From a virus: DNA of 64,000 nt. The first letter of the stretch is position 1. Every line of letters starts with the position of its first letter. The position numbers and the translations under genes were made by a program. Positions 60,027 through 64,000 of the stretch are shown piece after piece. The stretch lies in IMG/VR virus record IMGVR_UViG_3300047548_000772, positions 64,001 to 128,000 of that record; one strand, written 5' to 3'. The notes beneath the pieces are model-generated. The model searched no databases, was not told the DNA's origin, and worked only from the letters and a program-made list of their open reading frames with translations.

Positions 60027-61154
60027 TTATCCTCTTTCTGGAAAATAGTCTTGCATTGTACCTTCTCGGTGTAAATCACTAGTTACGCAATGAATCCCGC
60101 CATCCCAAAAATAACGGTGCCTAAATGGAACGACGTGCGGAGTAACGCCAAATCTTTCAAGTGCATCAAATACCTGTTTGTTGTAGTTAAACACCATGAC
60201 ATTCTTTGGGTCGATGATCAACATGTTTACGTCAAAAACTGTTTCTTCAACATACCCTGTCCAGTGTGATAACCACGATTCAACTGTGTTAATTACGTCA
60301 TGATCGTTTTCGAATCCGGGTATCCACCACTTGCCACCGTTTTTTGCTTTTAGTTTTATAAATTCTTCAATGCCTAGCCAACTTTGCCCGGGTAGATATA
60401 CAACTTCCCAGCCTGGATAAGTGTCTGCATACGTTGGTACATCGTATAAACTTATAATCAAGCCGGGTGTAACTGGACAATATGTGCCATCACTGTGTCC
60501 GCCGGTGTTTACAACGTGATTTCTGTAGTCAGTGAATTCGTTGGTAACAATCGACAATCGTTTGTTTAAGTCTTGATTGTAGTTTTCAGTACCCCAATAT
60601 AGATCCTTGCCAATTCTTGCACACTTTGCGGTGTCGGCAAACAATCTGCCAGAGTGTACAGTATTGCCGTTGGCTTTGATGTAATCGAGAATATGATCGT
60701 ATTCGCTGCGATGAAGTTGTGTGTTGCCAAAATCGAATACTTCTTTACATTCTTTTTGTATTGCTGCTGGTAGTTGATTAAACTCTTCCCAACTGTTACA
60801 GTCTGGCCAGCTAGGATCTGCAATGTCAGTGTAAGATGTTCTTAAAAAGTTTGTAGAATAGTATTCGTAAAACGTTGTGCCAAACATTCCTGTGTAGTCA
60901 CGAGGAGTCATTGGTGGTCGAACATACTGTCCGTTGACAAAAGTCTGTTTGGGTAACTCTGGTCGTAGTACTTCTACACCAAACTCGTGTAGTTTTTTAA
61001 TAATGCCTTGAAAGTCTTCTTCGGTTTCAATGGCAATTTTTTCAAACAATGATCTAACGCTGGGTTTGTTAATCCATGAATAAAATTCAGGAGGGTAACT
61101 ACGTCCAACGACGCAAACTTTTAACGGATCCCAATGTTGATATACTGAAAACAT
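60027..61154 (-). CDS. Amidinotransferase, copy 3
   Basis: SVYQHWDPLKVCVVGR, TPRD, GHSD, DVN, WDGGIHCVTSDL. Start at 61154 (TAATG overlap). Confidence 0.85.
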   Translation of the reverse strand: MFSVYQHWDPLKVCVVGRSYPPEFYSWINKPSVRSLFEKIAIETEEDFQGIIKKLHEFGVEVLRPELPKQTFVNGQYVRPPMTPRDYTGMFGTTFYEYYSTNFLRTSYTDIADPSWPDCNSWEEFNQLPAAIQKECKEVFDFGNTQLHRSEYDHILDYIKANGNTVHSGRLFADTAKCARIGKDLYWGTENYNQDLNKRLSIVTNEFTDYRNHVVNTGGHSDGTYCPVTPGLIISLYDVPTYADTYPGWEVVYLPGQSWLGIEEFIKLKAKNGGKWWIPGFENDHDVINTVESWLSHWTGYVEETVFDVNMLIIDPKNVMVFNYNKQVFDALERFGVTPHVVPFRHRYFWDGGIHCVTSDLHREGTMQDYFPERG

Positions 61155-61597
61155 TACGTCATAGGACCGAGTAGTTCGAATCCGTCCATGTCTTGTTTGT
61201 ATAGGTGTGCTTGTTCTAAATATAGATATTTGAATCCACGTTCTTTGTATATTGCACATTCAGCTTTCATAGTTTCAATGCCTAGTCGTAGTCTAGGACG
61301 ATGATAAGTCCAAGCAAACTGCGCACACTCGGCGTTGTGCTCGTCGTAACGTTTAATTAAACTAAAAGCTACTAATTGCTCCTTGTCGTAATACCCAATG
61401 ACGTCAGTCATTGGGTCTGTGTAGCGACTGTGAAACATGGGCATAACACTAGAAAAGTGTTTGTAGATACAATATGTGTGGTAAATGTTATCTAATTGAT
61501 TAAAAACAGTATCTGAAAATTCAGTGATATAACGCCAATCAACGTTTATCTCATAGTTTGTTTTACTTAAATCAATTCTAGCAAACTGGTAACTCAT
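61154..61597 (-). CDS. GNAT-fold protein resembling the ATE_C / Bpt aminoacyl-tRNA-protein transferase domain
   Basis: GYYDKEQLVAFS...FAW.Y..P.LRLG......EC......GFKYLYL...HLYK parallels ATE1/Bpt (L.AV..D...Y..YDP...SLG.Y..L.EI......Y.YLGY...KM.YK). Confidence 0.55.
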   Translation of the reverse strand: MSYQFARIDLSKTNYEINVDWRYITEFSDTVFNQLDNIYHTYCIYKHFSSVMPMFHSRYTDPMTDVIGYYDKEQLVAFSLIKRYDEHNAECAQFAWTYHRPRLRLGIETMKAECAIYKERGFKYLYLEQAHLYKQDMDGFELLGPMT

Positions 61598-62103
61598 TTG
61601 CGTGGATCCTTGCGATGTTGAAACAGCATTGTTAAGTAGTCTTCGGGCCATGCATCGTAAAATCCTTTGCGAGCCATAATTTCTGCCTTGGCATCTAAAT
61701 CACTTAGACATTGCACAAGTGCTAGAGCATAGGTACCTTGATTCATTGATACTCCGTTGACAATTTCTGGATCGTCGGGGTGGTCTTCTAAAACTAAAAT
61801 ATCCTTGCTTAACAAAAATTCACGGTTAGCAAAATCTAATGCGTTAGAAAATGTTTTGTAATCCCAAGTCTCAGGATCGTAGGCTATAGCGATAACTTCT
61901 CGGTTACCTAGCCCTGTGCGCCAAATGTCTAGCAAGTCACCGATTGGGTTTGTACCAATTCGAACTTCGTAGGTACCTTCCATTCGAGCTTTGCGAGCAT
62001 AAGGACAAGGAGGCCAACCTCCTAATGCTGGATGCGGAACTTCTACAAAGTTTGTGATCCAGTGTAAGATATCTGCTTCTAGTTGTTGCTGTGTAATATT
62101 CAT
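61594..62103 (-). CDS. DUF1415-like protein
   Basis: I..WI..FVE.......PCPYA N-terminus and EDHP motif recall DUF1415 (W....V....LCPFA...FHP). Confidence 0.45.
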   Translation of the reverse strand: MNITQQQLEADILHWITNFVEVPHPALGGWPPCPYARKARMEGTYEVRIGTNPIGDLLDIWRTGLGNREVIAIAYDPETWDYKTFSNALDFANREFLLSKDILVLEDHPDDPEIVNGVSMNQGTYALALVQCLSDLDAKAEIMARKGFYDAWPEDYLTMLFQHRKDPRK

Positions 62104-62336
62104 TAGAAATATGGTAATCCTGTTTTCTTAACAGTTTCTAAATTTTCTTTGATTAAATTGCCAATAACGGTGCGCTCGTTGTAACTTAGATTCATTGCTT
62201 CTTCGTAAGTTATGCCTCCACGCATTGACCAACACATTCTTAATATGTCTGAGCGTATTGAAGTTATTTCTTTGTCGTAACCTGCAACAATCTTTTCAAT
62301 ACGCTCGGCGGTCGCTGTTAGGAGGCGGAACCGAAA
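62103..62336 (-). CDS. Baseplate hub/tail assembly chaperone second segment (gp51-like or lambda gpT-like); probably reached by -1 frameshift
   Basis: CWSMRGGITYEEAMNLSYNER motif. No ATG/GTG/TTG between the slippery site and the internal Met at 62237. Confidence 0.6.
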   Translation of the reverse strand, partial: FRFRLLTATAERIEKIVAGYDKEITSIRSDILRMCWSMRGGITYEEAMNLSYNERTVIGNLIKENLETVKKTGLPYF

Positions 62337-63154
62337 AAATTTGTTACATTGAGTGTAAACGGTGTTTCGTATTCTTTTTGACAGCCTTGACATTGAATCT
62401 TAAGCGGTTTAAGTTCAGCAGCATCGCGAAGTTCAATAATACGATCACGCACTCGATTGAATAAATCTCGATCACAATTATTCATAAACTCGCGAATAAA
62501 TTCTGTTTCTACAACATTTTCGTTGCCGGCACGTACTAATCCAATGCTATGTGCAATTGCATCAATAGTCATGCGACTTAGTTTTAAAAATGCTTCGTTG
62601 ATTCGACGCATTTTTTCTTCTTCGCTTAGATCCGCTGTAGGCAACATTTCGATTAGCTTTTGATCTTCGTATTGCGCTAGCGAGTTAGCATTAATTTGAT
62701 CGTATGTTAATGGCTTTAAGAAAATTTCAATATCGCCTTGTTTAATTGATTCAGAGTAATTGCCTACTTGAATTTGCTCCATGACTAAACGAAGATCTAA
62801 ACCAAACGAATTTTCGTGTTGACAGTAAGGGCAATCACTTTCGAAATCCATTTCGTGACCGAAACTAGCAATGCGGATAGCAATTAGTATTGCATCAATG
62901 TCAGTAGCTGGAATCTTCCAAGCATCGCGAATGTTTGGAACGCAACTTTGGATTACACTAACGATAGCAGTACCGTTGAATAATGCATCTGCGGTACGAT
63001 AAGTGATTTCGTCCATTGCAGTCATTGGAAACACAGGTAGCTCGCGGTTCGGCGGCATGTCTAGTGTACCAGGTTCGTAGAAGTTACCGTTTGATGGTAA
63101 CTTGATGTAAATTGCTGGTTGTCTAAAATACTTGCGTAAAGGGTTATTTTGCAT
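62318..63154 (-). CDS. gp26: Baseplate hub assembly chaperone, gp26-like
   Basis: P...I.LPS.G, PMTAMDEI, D.DAIL..IRIAS.G, CPYC and CQGC zinc pairs. AGGA Shine-Dalgarno supports the start at 63154 (track gives 63169). Confidence 0.75.
   Translation of the reverse strand: MQNNPLRKYFRQPAIYIKLPSNGNFYEPGTLDMPPNRELPVFPMTAMDEITYRTADALFNGTAIVSVIQSCVPNIRDAWKIPATDIDAILIAIRIASFGHEMDFESDCPYCQHENSFGLDLRLVMEQIQVGNYSESIKQGDIEIFLKPLTYDQINANSLAQYEDQKLIEMLPTADLSEEEKMRRINEAFLKLSRMTIDAIAHSIGLVRAGNENVVETEFIREFMNNCDRDLFNRVRDRIIELRDAAELKPLKIQCQGCQKEYETPFTLNVTNFFGSAS
62333..62339 (-). other. -1 frameshift slippery heptamer T TTT TTC
   Basis: gp26 frame AAT TTT TTC GGT TCC GCC TCC TAA; -1 frame TTT TTT CGG TTC CGC CTC CTA is open to 62103. 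Confidence 0.65.
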
Positions 63155-63167
63155 GATTTTCCTGACC

Positions 63168-63190
63168 ATAAATATGTTAAGAGTACTTAT
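63168..63190. promoter_or_regulatory. Divergent late promoters: ATAAATA (+, 63168-63174) and ATAAGTA (-, 63184-63190)
   Basis: Located between the divergent starts at 63154 and 63203. Confidence 0.55.
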
Positions 63191-63202
63191 TCGGCGTATA
63201 TT

Positions 63203-64000
63203 ATGGCAGATAATTTAACAGATGAGCAGATAGAACTGCTTAGAAGAGCATTAGAAGAATTGCGTAAATCAACAGTTATGAGTGATAAAACTCAGGCTGA
63301 GTTAAATGCTGCTATGAAAAAAGACGCTGGTGCGTTTGAAGATAATACCAAAGCAGTCAATGATAATACGTCAGTTGCTAAGGATTTTGTCAAAGACCTG
63401 TCCGGTTTAGGCAACGAACTTGGTGCAGCGATTGGACAGATTAGAGAAAGCCGTGAGGATTTCCGTAGTTTAAATCCTGCAATCAGAGCAGCAGGTACAA
63501 TTTTTGGTGCTACTGGCAAAGCAATTGGCAGTATGGCCGAAGGTACTGGCGAAGCAGTTCAAGGTCTTGCTGGTTTAAACAAAGGATTTAAAGGCTTTAC
63601 CGCTACGATGGTTGGCGGTGGTCTAATCAAAGCATTTGGTAGCGGATTAAAAAGTGGTAGCGAAGCAGCAGCTAACATGGCAGTTGCTTTTGGCGAGTTT
63701 GCCACAGGCGAATTACAAACTGTTGTTGAAGCATATCGTAAAGTAGGTTCTGCTGGTGCCATTGGCGCTGGCGGTATGAATGAACTTTACGAATCATCGA
63801 ATCAATTAGGCATTGGCCTTCAAGGCATGGCCGAAATTGTATCGCGTAATTCTAAATCGTTGGCCTATGCTGGTGGTAGCACACTTGCTGGACGCAAAGC
63901 TCTAGTAGATTTAACCGCAAATTCTAAAGACTACGAAGATAAACTTTTAGCACTTGGTTACACATTTACTGAAATGCGTGATCAATCGGCTAAGTTCTTA
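63203..64000 (+). CDS. Probable tape measure protein, N-terminal part (3'-truncated; absent from ORF track)
   Basis: Hand-translated open frame MADNLTDEQIELLRRALEELRKS...; Ala/Gly-rich helical character; late promoter upstream; adjacent to the tail chaperone. Confidence 0.6.
   Translation, partial: MADNLTDEQIELLRRALEELRKSTVMSDKTQAELNAAMKKDAGAFEDNTKAVNDNTSVAKDFVKDLSGLGNELGAAIGQIRESREDFRSLNPAIRAAGTIFGATGKAIGSMAEGTGEAVQGLAGLNKGFKGFTATMVGGGLIKAFGSGLKSGSEAAANMAVAFGEFATGELQTVVEAYRKVGSAGAIGAGGMNELYESSNQLGIGLQGMAEIVSRNSKSLAYAGGSTLAGRKALVDLTANSKDYEDKLLALGYTFTEMRDQSAKFL

Noticed and set aside
958-63762. The many 60-165 aa ORFs in the track that lie antisense or out of frame within long genes (e.g. 22749..23183, 43458..43805, 63292..63519)
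   Set aside because: They are shadows of well-supported genes, with no motifs, RBS or operon fit.
1-64000. CRISPR array, IS/transposase, integrase, or stop-codon reassignment
   Set aside because: No spaced direct repeats or mobile-element genes were seen. TAA, TAG and TGA all end genes cleanly and ORFs tile the window under code 11.

Overview
This is a 64-kb segment of a large T4-superfamily, contractile-tailed dsDNA phage. Genes are densely packed, use the standard code, and are often coupled by ATGA/TAATG overlaps. (1) 1-21327 is a ~21-kb chemical-tailoring cluster: DegT-type aminotransferase, amidinotransferase, FkbM methyltransferase, NodU/CmcH carbamoyltransferase, five N-terminal-twitch radical SAM enzymes, a B12-binding radical SAM enzyme and about seven glycosyltransferase-like proteins. 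(2) 21402-49860 is a minus-strand tail/baseplate module with ATAAATA late promoters, including a 4596-aa protein and gp6-, gp25-, gp5-, gp27-, gp53- and gp48/54-like genes. (3) 49972-59261 is the gp55-gp47-gp46-resolvase module, interrupted by further tailoring genes. (4) 59262-64000 holds a ~430-nt hairpin-dense non-coding element, a four-gene cassette (amidinotransferase plus an ATE/Bpt-like transferase), a gp26-like chaperone with an apparent -1 frameshift, and the start of a probable tape measure gene. Best leads: the aminoglycoside-like/glycan-tailoring system (8 radical SAM, 3 amidinotransferases), the transferase cassette, two candidate structured RNAs, the frameshift, and two small ORFs missed by the ORF track. 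All family assignments are by motif recognition from memory; no searches were run.
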